A DNA stretch of 64,000 bases from Elusimicrobia bacterium GWC2_64_44 (GCA_001799845.1 MGUG01000052.1:2075-66074), one strand, 5' to 3'; counted from the first letter of the stretch, positions 26,156 through 35,882 are shown. Numbers and translations are program-made. The notes: generated from the letters alone by a model not told the origin.

Positions 26156-27928
26156 CTATCTGGCCGGCCAATCGGCCAGTCCGCCGCCTTCGGAGATCTT
26201 TACGAACCTGTCGGCGGCTATCTTTTTATAGACCGCGGCCCCGGAGTTCCAGCGCACCTCTATCGAGTCGGCGGCCTTTGCCTTGCCCAGGCCGAAATGC
26301 AGCACCTGATCGTCTGTCAGCCCGGCGTGGCCGTGCGAAGTGGAAATAACGCGCCGCTGCGTCAGCCTGCCGGCCTTCACGATCACCTCTACGCCCACCC
26401 CGCCGCGGTTGGAGCCGCCGGCGCCGCGTCCTTCCAGCTTGACGGCCAGCCAGTGGTTGCCGTTATTTATATGGTTATGGAACAGGGCCGGGGCGGGCCA
26501 GGCCCCGCGCCGCCTGTCGGCCGGCATGCGCATCCAGGACTTGCCCGCCAGGATATCCAGGCGGCCGTCCCGGTCGTAGTCCGCCACGGAGATGCCGCCG
26601 GAGCTCTCCCAGTCAAAACCGGCCTTGGCGGTGATCTCCTCGAATTTCCTCGGCCTGACCTGCCTGAACAGCCGCAGGTACTGCCCGTCCGGGTAGTCCC
26701 CGCTCGCCAGCAGCAGGTCCAGGCGCCCGTCGTTGTCGAAGTCGGCCCAGGCCGCGCGCATGTCCCCCTGGTTCCAGTTCCTGGTATCCTGGTGCACGCG
26801 GTAGAGGAGGTCCGGGTAGCGTTTGAAAGCCCCGCCTTTTCCGGGGCCCTTATTCTCCAGCAGCGAAGAGCGGTCCGACGCCTCGCCCGCCCAGCCATGC
26901 GTGATCTCGCCCAGGAAGACGTCCGTGTCCCCGTCGTTATCGTAGTCGGCGCAGGCGGCGGAGAAGGTATTGCCGTGCGAGCGCCATTCCTTCTCGGGCT
27001 CGCGCTTCACCCCCGGCGGGTAGCGGCCGTGGCGGATAGCGTCCCCGTCGAAGCCGCTGGCCGGCGCGCGATCGGAGAAGGTGCCGTCGCCGTTGTTGCG
27101 CCACAGGCGGTTGGCCTGCCGCCCGTAGACGGAGACCAGCAGGTCCTGGCGGCCGTCGCCGTCCCAGTCGCAGTGGGAAACGCCGTAGACCGGCCGGCTG
27201 GAATCCGCCCCCCCCTCGGTCGGCGCCGTCAGCAGCCCGGCGGATCCCGTGGTCTCGGCGAAACTGCCCCCGCCGAGGCCGCGGTAGAGGCGTGAGGGAT
27301 AGCACAGGAAGGAGACCCCGTATTCCTTGTACCAGTTGCCGGCGTAAAGGTCCAGGAGCCCGTCGTTATCGTAGTCGAACAGGGCGGCCGCGGCGGTGGT
27401 CTCCGCCGGCTCTTCCACGCCCGCTTTCCCGAGGTGCGTGAAGCGGCCCGTGCCGTCGTTGAGCAGCACGGCCGAGCGCAGGCCGTCGTCGGCTTTCTCG
27501 TAAAGGGCCCCGCCGGCCGCGTCTTTCAATACGGCCCCGGTCTTCGGGTCTGTTTTAGGTTTTTCGAATTCGGAGTAGCGGGCGCTGAACAGGTCCAGGT
27601 CGCCGTCGTTGTCCAGGTCGCCGAAGACCAGCGCGCTGCCGGCCCGCGCCGCGGTGCTGGGTGCCGGGGCCGCGTTCACGCCGGACTCGGCCGTGAAGTC
27701 GTAGAACCCGCCCGCGCCGCCGGAGCTGAGGAAGACGCGTGAGACCTGCCCGCCGAAAGTGCTGCCCAGCACGGCGTCCGGCCAGCCGTCGCCGTTGAGG
27801 TCAGCCCAGGCCGGGTTCTGAGCGCTGACGGCGGCCAGTCCGGCCGCGGAAGCGACATCCACGAAATACGGCCCCCCGGCGGCTGCGGCAGGCAGGGCCA
27901 GCATGAGCAGAGGGAGCAATTGGATCAT
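26156..27928 (-). CDS. secreted CRTAC1-family protein (FG-GAP/VCBS repeats plus ASPIC/UnbV domain)
   Basis: Signal peptide; seven DxD/NxDGxxD repeats; C-terminal HWL.V.L.G..SN...HFGLG..IEVRW. Confidence 0.85.
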   Translation of the reverse strand: MIQLLPLLMLALPAAAAGGPYFVDVASAAGLAAVSAQNPAWADLNGDGWPDAVLGSTFGGQVSRVFLSSGGAGGFYDFTAESGVNAAPAPSTAARAGSALVFGDLDNDGDLDLFSARYSEFEKPKTDPKTGAVLKDAAGGALYEKADDGLRSAVLLNDGTGRFTHLGKAGVEEPAETTAAAALFDYDNDGLLDLYAGNWYKEYGVSFLCYPSRLYRGLGGGSFAETTGSAGLLTAPTEGGADSSRPVYGVSHCDWDGDGRQDLLVSVYGRQANRLWRNNGDGTFSDRAPASGFDGDAIRHGRYPPGVKREPEKEWRSHGNTFSAACADYDNDGDTDVFLGEITHGWAGEASDRSSLLENKGPGKGGAFKRYPDLLYRVHQDTRNWNQGDMRAAWADFDNDGRLDLLLASGDYPDGQYLRLFRQVRPRKFEEITAKAGFDWESSGGISVADYDRDGRLDILAGKSWMRMPADRRRGAWPAPALFHNHINNGNHWLAVKLEGRGAGGSNRGGVGVEVIVKAGRLTQRRVISTSHGHAGLTDDQVLHFGLGKAKAADSIEVRWNSGAAVYKKIAADRFVKISEGGGLADWPAR

Positions 27929-28632
27929 CAGGGCTTCTTAGCCAGCGAGCGCAGTTTTTCAAGGTCGGAGCGGAAAGCGGGCTGCCTGGCCATCTCCGCG
28001 TAGACGGCGCTCCCGAGCAGCTTGCCGGCCTCTATGTCCGACGGGTGATGCACCCCGCCGATCACGCGGTTGAGGGCGGCGCGGTCGGACCGGGCCAGGA
28101 AGTCTGCGCGGCGCGCGGGATCCACGTCGGCAAGCAGCAGCGCGAGCAGCCGCGACACGGTGGCGTGCCCGCTCGGATAGGAGAGCCCGCCCACGCGGCC
28201 CAGGCAGGGCCGCAGCTCCTTGTCGCGCCGGAAGGGCCGCGGGCGCGCGTACTTTTTCTTGGCGATGGAAACGGCCTTGGCGCCGTCCACGTAGACGCGG
28301 AAAAGAATGGTCGAGGCCTCGGCCGGCAGCGGCTGCGGGAAGGGCGAGATATCCCCGAAGAACTTGTCGTAATCGGCCTCGGCCTGGGCGTTGGCGCCGG
28401 CGCAGTCTTCGGCCGTGCGCCTGCCCTGCCAGTCGAACATGACCTGCATGTCCTTTTTATCCTCTGGCGAACCCGGGGCCGGCGGCGGCGCCACGGTGGC
28501 GGCAGGCACGGAGGCGGCCGCGTAATGGTGGTCGGGGCCGAAGACGCTGTACAGGTAGAACTGGGCTTTGCCGCAGCCTGCCAGAGAGGCGGCCAAGACC
28601 AGGGAAAGAAGAATATTTTTGCGGGCGGTCAT
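27928..28632 (-). CDS. PAP2/class A acid phosphatase lipoprotein
   Basis: Lipobox LAGC; K....RPRP, SYPSGH, R...GVHHPSD. Confidence 0.85.
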   Translation of the reverse strand: MTARKNILLSLVLAASLAGCGKAQFYLYSVFGPDHHYAAASVPAATVAPPPAPGSPEDKKDMQVMFDWQGRRTAEDCAGANAQAEADYDKFFGDISPFPQPLPAEASTILFRVYVDGAKAVSIAKKKYARPRPFRRDKELRPCLGRVGGLSYPSGHATVSRLLALLLADVDPARRADFLARSDRAALNRVIGGVHHPSDIEAGKLLGSAVYAEMARQPAFRSDLEKLRSLAKKP

Positions 28633-28639
28633 AGCGTAC

Positions 28640-28645
28640 AGTATA
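28640..28645 (-). promoter_or_regulatory. -10 element, leaderless configuration
   Basis: TATACT 7 nt before ATG 28632, no SD. Confidence 0.55.
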
Positions 28646-28686
28646 GAAAATGCGCGCAGCTTGAACCTACTGTTCCCGCGCCCCGG

Positions 28687-29949
28687 CTACCGGCCGCGCT
28701 TCGCCAGCGCAGAGGCCTGCCCGGCGATGGCGGCTACCTCAGCGGGCACAAGCACCCGGTTGTATAGGCGGATATCGTCCAACTGTCCCCGGAAATGCCA
28801 GTTGAGGTTACCGCCGATGCGGCCGAATTCCAACGGCGTGGGACTCAGCACCTGGTTGTCGCCGAAAGAATCGGCGCCAATCCTCACAGGCTGCGCGATA
28901 CCGTTGCGATAGATGGCCATCCCCGCCGTGCCGCGGCTGCCGTCGTAGGAGGCGGCCCAGTGTTCCCAACGCCCCGGTACCGGGCCTTCGTCCGCAGAGG
29001 CCTCCAGCTTAAAATTGTGCCCGTTCTTTATATCGAAGGTCAGGGCATAATTGTGGGAGGCGTTGTTCATGTACAAGGCGGTAATAACAGGATCCGAACC
29101 TTTTGCAAAGAGCCCCTGCGGGGCGTCCTTGCCGCCGCTCTTTATCCAGAAGGCGACCGAGAACGGATTCCTCCCGTCGAAAAGGCTGTCGTAAAGCGGC
29201 TGATTGCCGTCTGAAACATAGTCGTCCAGGCCATCCATGGAGAAAGCCTGCGCGTCCGCGCCGGCGGCGAAAGCGGCGCCGTTAAGCGCGCTGGCCGTGC
29301 GGCCGGTAATCTCGTCCAGTGCGTTTCCGTCAGCGCGCCACCAGCGCACCGGGTCTTTGACGGGCGGCGGACGGACAGCGGCCTTTGGGGCCGCCGGGCG
29401 CGGCTCCGGACGCGGCAGCGGGCGCGCGGCAGGCGCGGCAGCTTCGGCGGCCCAATCCATGGCGACGATCTCGCCCGCCGCGGCAATGATTGCCGCCGTT
29501 TCGGTCTTTATCAGGCGCGCGTTGACCTCCAGCCGGCCGTTGCGGTGGCGGATAAGGGTGCCTGTTACCACAGCTTCCACCCCCAGCACTTTGCCTATGC
29601 CCTTTATCGTCCGCTCGTCAACGGCGCCGGAATGCTGAAAGCTGAGTTCGCCCAGCACTTTTTCCAGCAGCGCGCGCTCAACGGCCTCCAGTTTGCGGCG
29701 GTTGATTATACGGGTGAGCAGCCGCTCGGCTACTATCGCTCCGTCGCTGGAGGCCCGCCCGTCCACGTAGGAGAAAGGCAGCACCGCGATCTTATTGCCT
29801 GAAAGCTGGCCGCGCCCTTCAGAAAGCCTTTCGGCCATGCGCGTGTAAGGTTCGGAGGAAAACGCCGCTGTGGAGCCGTCCCTGCGGGAATTGCCGGCGC
29901 AGCCGGAAAAGACCAGCAGTGCGGCCGCGCCTAGCAGCATGGATTTCAT
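28687..29949 (-). CDS. lipoprotein with FlgO/CsgG-like N-domain, Pro/Ala linker and LamG-like C-domain
   Basis: Lipobox FSGC; IAVLPF..VER..L..VL.E..IGK.LGV..VVTG..VNARLI; W.H..A.YD..IY.NG..F.G.LDDIRLYNR.L. Confidence 0.75.
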   Translation of the reverse strand: MKSMLLGAAALLVFSGCAGNSRRDGSTAAFSSEPYTRMAERLSEGRGQLSGNKIAVLPFSYVDGRASSDGAIVAERLLTRIINRRKLEAVERALLEKVLGELSFQHSGAVDERTIKGIGKVLGVEAVVTGTLIRHRNGRLEVNARLIKTETAAIIAAAGEIVAMDWAAEAAAPAARPLPRPEPRPAAPKAAVRPPPVKDPVRWWRADGNALDEITGRTASALNGAAFAAGADAQAFSMDGLDDYVSDGNQPLYDSLFDGRNPFSVAFWIKSGGKDAPQGLFAKGSDPVITALYMNNASHNYALTFDIKNGHNFKLEASADEGPVPGRWEHWAASYDGSRGTAGMAIYRNGIAQPVRIGADSFGDNQVLSPTPLEFGRIGGNLNWHFRGQLDDIRLYNRVLVPAEVAAIAGQASALAKRGR

Positions 29950-30003
29950 CAGGTATTTCTATCATTTAAACCGGCGCAGGTACAATGGCGGCCCGCTGAA
30001 ACA

Positions 30004-30030
30004 AAAGAGCCCGGCAGAACCGGGCTCTTT
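30004..30030 (-). terminator. intrinsic terminator of glnA
   Basis: AAAGAGCCCGG/CCGGGCTCTTT stem followed by T-rich tract on the minus strand. Confidence 0.8.
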
Positions 30031-30046
30031 GCTGCTCTGAGGCGGC

Positions 30047-31498
30047 TCAGAACTTGTGCCAGAGCATCTGCGTGGTGACGTCGTGGTGGAACAGCACCTC
30101 CGAGGTCTTCACTATGGTGCCCAGCTCCTTGGGGTTGCGGTCGGCCGAGGCCTGCTTGTGGTGGGCGTACTTCTCGTGGGGCGCCTCGCCCAGCAGCCGC
30201 TTCAGGAACTCGCTGCCCCGGAACAGCCGCAGCGCGTCGTGGATATTGCCGGGCAGGTAGCGCACGCGGTCGCGCTTGCTCTCGTCCTTGGTCAGCGGCT
30301 CGCCCTTCAGCGCGGTCCCGATAAGCGAGTAAAGCGCCAGGTAGGGATTGGCGTCGGGCCCGACGGAGCGGATCTCCAGCCGCGCCGAGCGCTCGTTGCC
30401 GGCCGGAATGCGCACCATGGCGCCGCGGTCCACCGCCGACACCTTGATCTGGTTGGGAGCCTCGTAGTGTGGGTCCAGGCGGCGGTAGGCGTTGACGCTG
30501 GGGTTGAGCACCAGCGACAGCTCCTGCGCGTGGTTGAGTATCCTGGAAACCACGTCCCAGGCGGCTTTCGACATCCCCTCCTCGCCCTTGGCGTCGTAGA
30601 AGACGTTCTTCCCCCCTTTGGAGAAAGAGAGGTTCAGGTGCATGCCGCTGCCGTTCACGCCGGAGACTGGCTTGGGCAGGAAGGTGGCCGTCATGCCCAT
30701 GTTGGCCGCCACCTGCCGGCAGACCAGCTTGTAGAGCTGGATCAGGTCGCAGGCGCGCACCGCGTGGGCGTGCGAGAAGTTCAGCTCGAACTGCGACGGG
30801 GCCACCTCGGGGTGGTCCTTCTCGTTGCGGAAGCCCATGGCGCGCTGTGCCTCGGCCGCGGTGTCGATGAACTTCTTCAGCGGGTCGAGCGGCAGCGAGT
30901 GGTAATAGCCGCCGGTGGAGATCAGCTCGAAGCCGTGCGTGTCGTTATAGCTCTGCTCGGCGTTGAGGCCTTTCACCAGGAACCCCTCCACCTCGGCCGC
31001 CACGTTGGCCGTCAGACCGGAGGACTTCTTTATCTCGCGGGCCAGCTCGGCCAGCCTGGCCCGGAAGTCGGAGTCGTAGAGCGACTTGTCGCGGTTGAGC
31101 ACCGTACCGAAGATGATGACCTTGCCGGGGCCGAAGACGTCCGCCGGCAGCCAGACTATGCTGCCCCAGTCTATCCCCAGGCGCAGGTCGCTCTCGCGCT
31201 GGGCAGAAAAGCCGCGGATAGAAGAGCCGTCGAAGGTGAGGTTGTCGTTGGCGGAGAGAAAGAACTGCTTGTCGTAGTCCAGCATGTGGAAGCGGCCTTC
31301 GATGTCGGTAAAGCAGATGGTCACCGCTTTGAGGCGCTTTTCACGGCGCAGGTAGTCGCAGTATTTTTTCTCCAGCTCGGCCTGGGAGAGCTTCTCCGCG
31401 GCCTCAGCCGCCTCTATGTTCAGCGTCTCCAGCTCGTCATAGGGAATGACCAGGAAGTTCTTGAGCCCCTCGCCGTCTGCGGAAATGTTTTTATTCAT
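30047..31498 (-). CDS. glnA: glutamine synthetase type I family
   Basis: FDGSSIRGF, E.E, HPEVAPSQFE, FLPKP..GVNGSGMH, NAYRRL.P.YEAP, RLE.RS..PDANPYL. Confidence 0.9.
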   Translation of the reverse strand: MNKNISADGEGLKNFLVIPYDELETLNIEAAEAAEKLSQAELEKKYCDYLRREKRLKAVTICFTDIEGRFHMLDYDKQFFLSANDNLTFDGSSIRGFSAQRESDLRLGIDWGSIVWLPADVFGPGKVIIFGTVLNRDKSLYDSDFRARLAELAREIKKSSGLTANVAAEVEGFLVKGLNAEQSYNDTHGFELISTGGYYHSLPLDPLKKFIDTAAEAQRAMGFRNEKDHPEVAPSQFELNFSHAHAVRACDLIQLYKLVCRQVAANMGMTATFLPKPVSGVNGSGMHLNLSFSKGGKNVFYDAKGEEGMSKAAWDVVSRILNHAQELSLVLNPSVNAYRRLDPHYEAPNQIKVSAVDRGAMVRIPAGNERSARLEIRSVGPDANPYLALYSLIGTALKGEPLTKDESKRDRVRYLPGNIHDALRLFRGSEFLKRLLGEAPHEKYAHHKQASADRNPKELGTIVKTSEVLFHHDVTTQMLWHKF

Positions 31499-31536
31499 AG
31501 CCCCTCTTTAAAGGAATATTTGAGCAACTAATATTA

Positions 31537-31565
31537 AATATACATGGATTTATGCTAATTGTCAA
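31537..31565 (-). promoter_or_regulatory. sigma70 promoter of glnA
   Basis: Minus strand TTGACA, 17-nt spacer, TATATT. Confidence 0.8.
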
Positions 31566-31580
31566 GACTTTTATAATAAA

Positions 31581-31613
31581 CAGAAGCGCCGCCCACAAAG
31601 GGCGGCGCCTCTG
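31581..31613 (-). terminator. terminator after glmS
   Basis: 14-bp stem CAGAGGCGCCGCCC/GGGCGGCGCTTCTG then TTTATT on the minus strand. Confidence 0.7.
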
Positions 31614-31637
31614 CGCAAAAAGGCAGCAGGAGCCTTT

Positions 31638-34205
31638 TTAATCCACGGTGATGGACTTGCTCACGTTCTTGGGCGAGTCCGGGTGCACGCCGTGATCCAG
31701 GATCTCCAGGCGGTCCAGGAACTGCATCTTGCGCACGCTCATGTCCATCGCCAGCAGCTGCAGGGCCACCGAACTGGTGAAGAACACCAGCAGGTCGTCG
31801 CCGGTCCTGGGCAGGGCCACGTAGCCGTGCTGATAGGTCTTGGAGTACATCGAGGGCACGCTCTTCTGCGCGGTGTCGCGCAGCATCTTATCCTCCTCGG
31901 CGATAACGTAGATGTTGGCGCCGCGGATCTTGTGCGTGTTGATCTGCGAGATGGTCAGGTTCACGTCCCGGGCGTTGGGCCCGGTGACGAAGACCAGCGG
32001 GTAGTTGGTATAAAGGCTCTCGAAGAAGTTGTGCTTCCTGAGGATCTCCGTGAACAGCGCGGCCTCCGCCGGGTTCAGGCCGGCCGGCTTGCGGTCGAAA
32101 AAAGCGTAGCCGCTCACCGCGTGAAAGACCCGCGCCAGGCTCTCCGGCGCCAGTTTCCCCCCGCGCACCGACGCGTATTTAAGCGTGTCGGCGAACTTGT
32201 CCACCAGCGCGCCCACGCCCTCCATGCCGAAGATGGTGTTAACGCCGAGGATGGTGTTGGGGCCGTGTTTGAACTCCGGCGACTCGAAGCCCTCGGTATG
32301 ATTCAGCACTACCTCGCGCACCTTCAGCGCGCCCTCGCGCGCTATGCCCTGCATGCCGGTGGCCAGGATGTGCACGCTGGGCTCGAGGTACAGGTCGACC
32401 GCCGCCTGCTGCACGGAGTCGCGCGTATTATTAATGGTTTCCTCGATGAGCTCGGGGATGAGGTAGAGGCTCTCGGAGTATTTCTTGAGGTTTTCAGGCT
32501 TGGCAGCCGACAGCTTTTCCTTCGCGAAGCGCTCGCCCAGGCGCAGCGCCATGATGTAGAGCACCAGCAGCTGGTTGACGAAGCTCTTGGTGGCGGGCAC
32601 GGCTATCTCCGGCCCGCAGTGCAGCGGGATGAAGATGTCGGATTTTTCCAGCGCTATGGTGGAGTTTACATTATTGACGACGTTGACGTACGAGACCTTC
32701 TTGCCGGCGGCATGCACCTGGTTGAAAACGTCTATCAGGTCCTTGGTCTCTCCGCTCTGGCTGATGCCGATGATGACGTCCCCGTCGCGCACGGCGTCGA
32801 GGCACTGGGCGCGGAAGTCGCCTGGCAGATAGGCCGTCACGTTGACGCCGGCGATACGGTTAAAGAACACCGAGGCGCACTTGGCCGCGTTGTAGGAAGT
32901 GCCGCAGGCCACGAAGTAGGCAGTGCGCCCTTTGCGGCGGCAGGCGGCCATCAGCGCGCAGTACCCCTTTATCTTCTCGCGGGTGGCGTCTATCTCCTCC
33001 AGCATGAACAGCGCATCGGCGAACTTCAGGGCGACACCGCACTCCGCCGAGCCGTAAAGCCCGCGCAGCTCGGTGAAGAAATCGGCCATCTGCGATTCAG
33101 GCGCCATCGAGGCCAGCGGCAGGCGGCAGCCCCGCGCGTAACCCAGCGCCTTGCGCATGGCCGGGGTGCCGAAGAAGGCGGCGGCCTGCTTTTTAAGCTC
33201 CGCGGCGTCGGTGAGGTCGGCGAGCTTCGCCACCCGGCCCTTCAGGTCGCGGACAAAAGCGGGATCCTTGGCGGCCACTTTGCGCGCCAGGTCGGTCAGC
33301 GGGGATCTGTCGGCGAAGTAGGAGAGCACCTTGGCCGTAGCGGCGGCCTCGCTGAATATCTCCTGCTCCATAAAATACTTGAACGGCTTCTTCAGGCCGG
33401 TCTCCTCTACGCGCAGGTGGCTGCGCAGTTTTCCTTTCTTTACCGGGCGGCCGGTGCGCAGGTGATAGAAGTCCGCCTTGTCGTGCGTGTACAGGGCGAA
33501 CTCGTCTTCCTTGATGGGGTAGAGCATCTTGGTGCACGACAGGACGCTCGCCAGGTCCGACGAGGCGATGATGAACGGGCCGTGCTCGTTATGGGCGCCG
33601 GCGCCCATGTAGAGGCTGCTGCCGGCCTTGATGCAGGCCATCAGCTCGGTGACGGGGTCCACCACCACGGCGGCGAAGGAGCCGGTGGTCTTCTTGGCGG
33701 CGGCGAGGATGGCGGCTTTCAAGGCGGCGTAGCGCGCCTTGCGGTCTTTCTGGTTCTTGAGCTTTTTCAGCTCTATCGCGAAGTAATGTTCGATGGTGTG
33801 CACCAGCATCTCGCCGTCGTTGTCGCTCTTCACGTCGTGGCCGGCCGAGACCAGCCATTCCTTGAGCTGGTCGCAGTTGGTGATATTGCCGTTGTGGGCG
33901 CCGTAAAGGTGGGTATGGCAGTAAGCGTCGTGCGGCTGGGCGTTGGCCCGGGTGACCACGCCGAAGGTGGCCCAGCGGACCTGGCCGCAGAAGAGCTTGC
34001 CTGCGAGGCGGTCTATGCCGAGTTTTTTGGTGATGACGGAGGGTGCGCCGACGTCTTTCTTCAGGGTGATATTCCCGGCGGCGTCCTGGATGAGGGCGCC
34101 GGTGGAATCGTAGCCCCGGTACTCCAGCATCCGCAGCAGCCGCGAAGCCTCCGCCCCGAGATCTTCCCTGTCCTTAGCGCACCGCAAGCCTATGACTCCG
34201 CACAT
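31638..34205 (-). CDS. glmS: glutamine-fructose-6-phosphate aminotransferase, enlarged variant (855 aa)
   Basis: MCG start, LEYRGYDS, RWAT, HNG, ACGTS, SQSGET, GPEIAVPATKS, EGALK..E, EFKHGP, KSITVD; start moved to 34205. Confidence 0.85.
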   Translation of the reverse strand: MCGVIGLRCAKDREDLGAEASRLLRMLEYRGYDSTGALIQDAAGNITLKKDVGAPSVITKKLGIDRLAGKLFCGQVRWATFGVVTRANAQPHDAYCHTHLYGAHNGNITNCDQLKEWLVSAGHDVKSDNDGEMLVHTIEHYFAIELKKLKNQKDRKARYAALKAAILAAAKKTTGSFAAVVVDPVTELMACIKAGSSLYMGAGAHNEHGPFIIASSDLASVLSCTKMLYPIKEDEFALYTHDKADFYHLRTGRPVKKGKLRSHLRVEETGLKKPFKYFMEQEIFSEAAATAKVLSYFADRSPLTDLARKVAAKDPAFVRDLKGRVAKLADLTDAAELKKQAAAFFGTPAMRKALGYARGCRLPLASMAPESQMADFFTELRGLYGSAECGVALKFADALFMLEEIDATREKIKGYCALMAACRRKGRTAYFVACGTSYNAAKCASVFFNRIAGVNVTAYLPGDFRAQCLDAVRDGDVIIGISQSGETKDLIDVFNQVHAAGKKVSYVNVVNNVNSTIALEKSDIFIPLHCGPEIAVPATKSFVNQLLVLYIMALRLGERFAKEKLSAAKPENLKKYSESLYLIPELIEETINNTRDSVQQAAVDLYLEPSVHILATGMQGIAREGALKVREVVLNHTEGFESPEFKHGPNTILGVNTIFGMEGVGALVDKFADTLKYASVRGGKLAPESLARVFHAVSGYAFFDRKPAGLNPAEAALFTEILRKHNFFESLYTNYPLVFVTGPNARDVNLTISQINTHKIRGANIYVIAEEDKMLRDTAQKSVPSMYSKTYQHGYVALPRTGDDLLVFFTSSVALQLLAMDMSVRKMQFLDRLEILDHGVHPDSPKNVSKSITVD

Positions 34206-34302
34206 GTAAGCACCTCTCGCCGCAAGATACTCTATTTTCCCTAAATTCCCCCCCCTTATGCAATCCCCGGAGCACCGAAACCGCAATTATTAAAGCACTC
34301 AC

Positions 34303-34560
34303 ATATCAGGCGGCCTACCGCAGGGACAGGACCGCTCGACATGAAAGGCCGGCGAGGGTATGCCTTCTTGCGTCTATTCTTAATCAGCGGGGAAACCGGC
34401 GGAGACCGCAGGGGTAGGACAAGCAAAACCGTCGCGAGCCCGACGCTTGCGTAGCGCGGAGGAGCGGGTGGCCGCAGCGGCCACCGCAGTGTGTCGAGTG
34501 AGCGCACGGTGTGCGCGAACGCGTTTTGCGGTCCTGCCCCTGCGGTAGGCCGCCAGATAT
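34303..34560. repeat. 258-bp element with 33-bp imperfect terminal inverted repeats and an internal third arm (MITE/REP-like or structured RNA)
   Basis: 34303-34335 matches the reverse complement of 34528-34560 at 31/33; a partial arm copy lies at 34405-34429. Confidence 0.7.
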
Positions 34561-34613
34561 AAAAGCCGCTTCCCGGCGCGTCTCTGCGGATGCTTCCGTT
34601 AATATTTAGAAAG

Positions 34614-35882
34614 CTATACGGGGCCGGAGTAGGGGAGGAAGACCTTGACCACGGCGCCGCCGCCGGGAAGGTTAGAGAGGTTTATGCTGCCGTCGTGGCG
34701 CCTGGCTATCTGGGCGCAGACATAGAGCCCCAGGCCGGTACCGCCCGCTTCCTTGCGGGTGGTGGCGAAGGCCTTTATGCCGCCATGCAGCAGCTTCTCG
34801 GGAAAGCCGGGGCCGTTGTCGGAGACCTCTGCCAGCAGGCCATTCTCGTCGCGGCGCGCGACCACCCGTATCGTGCCGCCCTCCGGCGCGAAGGAGGCGG
34901 AGTTCATGATAGCGTTGACGAAGATCCGCTCAACGTGGACCTTGCTGGCACGGATATCCGGCAGGGTGAGCGGGACGTCGATCTCCAATTTAAGGTTCTT
35001 TTTTCTTACCGAATAGTCAGCCAGCAGCGCCGCGTTATCCACCGCCTCCGCTAGCGAAACCTGCTCGAAGACGTATTCCTGCCCGCGCACTATGCTCATC
35101 GCGTTGGAGATCATGGCTTTCGAGAAGCGGGCGGCCTTCAGGATGCGCGCGATATTGGCCTTATCGGGAGGGTCCTCCTCCGAGGCGATCTCGGCGCTTA
35201 GCAGGATCACCGAGACCGAATTGCCCAGGTCGTGCATTACCCCGCTGACCAGCGTCCCGACCTCCCCGGCGGAGGCGGTCTGCACTATCTGCGTCTCCTT
35301 TTCAGTGACCTTGCGCTCCAGGGAGCCTACCTGCTCGCGCTTGAAAGCCAGGCCCGCCTCGGCCCGCTTCTGCGATTGCGACGTGTTATAGACAACCCCG
35401 GAGGAAAAGGCCAGCACGGCCAGCTTCACGGAAAGGGCCAGCAACCCGGCCAGGTCGCCGGGGTTTATGGGCCAGCTGAATACGCAGAGCGCGATGGCGC
35501 ACAGCGCGGTCATGCCGGCCGCGTCCTTCAGGCGGGCCATCAGGGACGCGCCGAAGACCGGCAGCAGGTAAAGCACCCAGAAATAGGAACTGCCCCCTCC
35601 GGAGCTGTGCAGCACGCCAGTGATGATCAGGAAATTCACCGCCAGGATCAGGTCCAGCAGCCACAGGCTGACGGCCGAGCGCCGGCGCAGCAGCCAGCTG
35701 AAGACGAAGTTGGACGAGAGCAGCAGCAGGAAGAAATAGAGGATGCGCGGGTAGGCGATGACCGGGTTATCCCGGTACAGGTACGCGAGCCCGATCATGA
35801 AGACCGAGAAGACCAGCTCGTACGAGTTTTTGGAGAAGGTGGTGACCTCCCCCCTTTCAAGCGCCTTGATCAGCCATGCCAT
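34614..35882 (-). CDS. membrane-embedded sensor histidine kinase
   Basis: About 5-6 TM helices without a periplasmic domain; MHDLGN H-box; DNGPG; GTGLGL. Confidence 0.88.
   Translation of the reverse strand: MAWLIKALERGEVTTFSKNSYELVFSVFMIGLAYLYRDNPVIAYPRILYFFLLLLSSNFVFSWLLRRRSAVSLWLLDLILAVNFLIITGVLHSSGGGSSYFWVLYLLPVFGASLMARLKDAAGMTALCAIALCVFSWPINPGDLAGLLALSVKLAVLAFSSGVVYNTSQSQKRAEAGLAFKREQVGSLERKVTEKETQIVQTASAGEVGTLVSGVMHDLGNSVSVILLSAEIASEEDPPDKANIARILKAARFSKAMISNAMSIVRGQEYVFEQVSLAEAVDNAALLADYSVRKKNLKLEIDVPLTLPDIRASKVHVERIFVNAIMNSASFAPEGGTIRVVARRDENGLLAEVSDNGPGFPEKLLHGGIKAFATTRKEAGGTGLGLYVCAQIARRHDGSINLSNLPGGGAVVKVFLPYSGPV

Noticed and set aside
34206-34613. glmS ribozyme upstream of glmS
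   Set aside because: The core AGCGCC...GACGAGG motif is not seen on the minus strand
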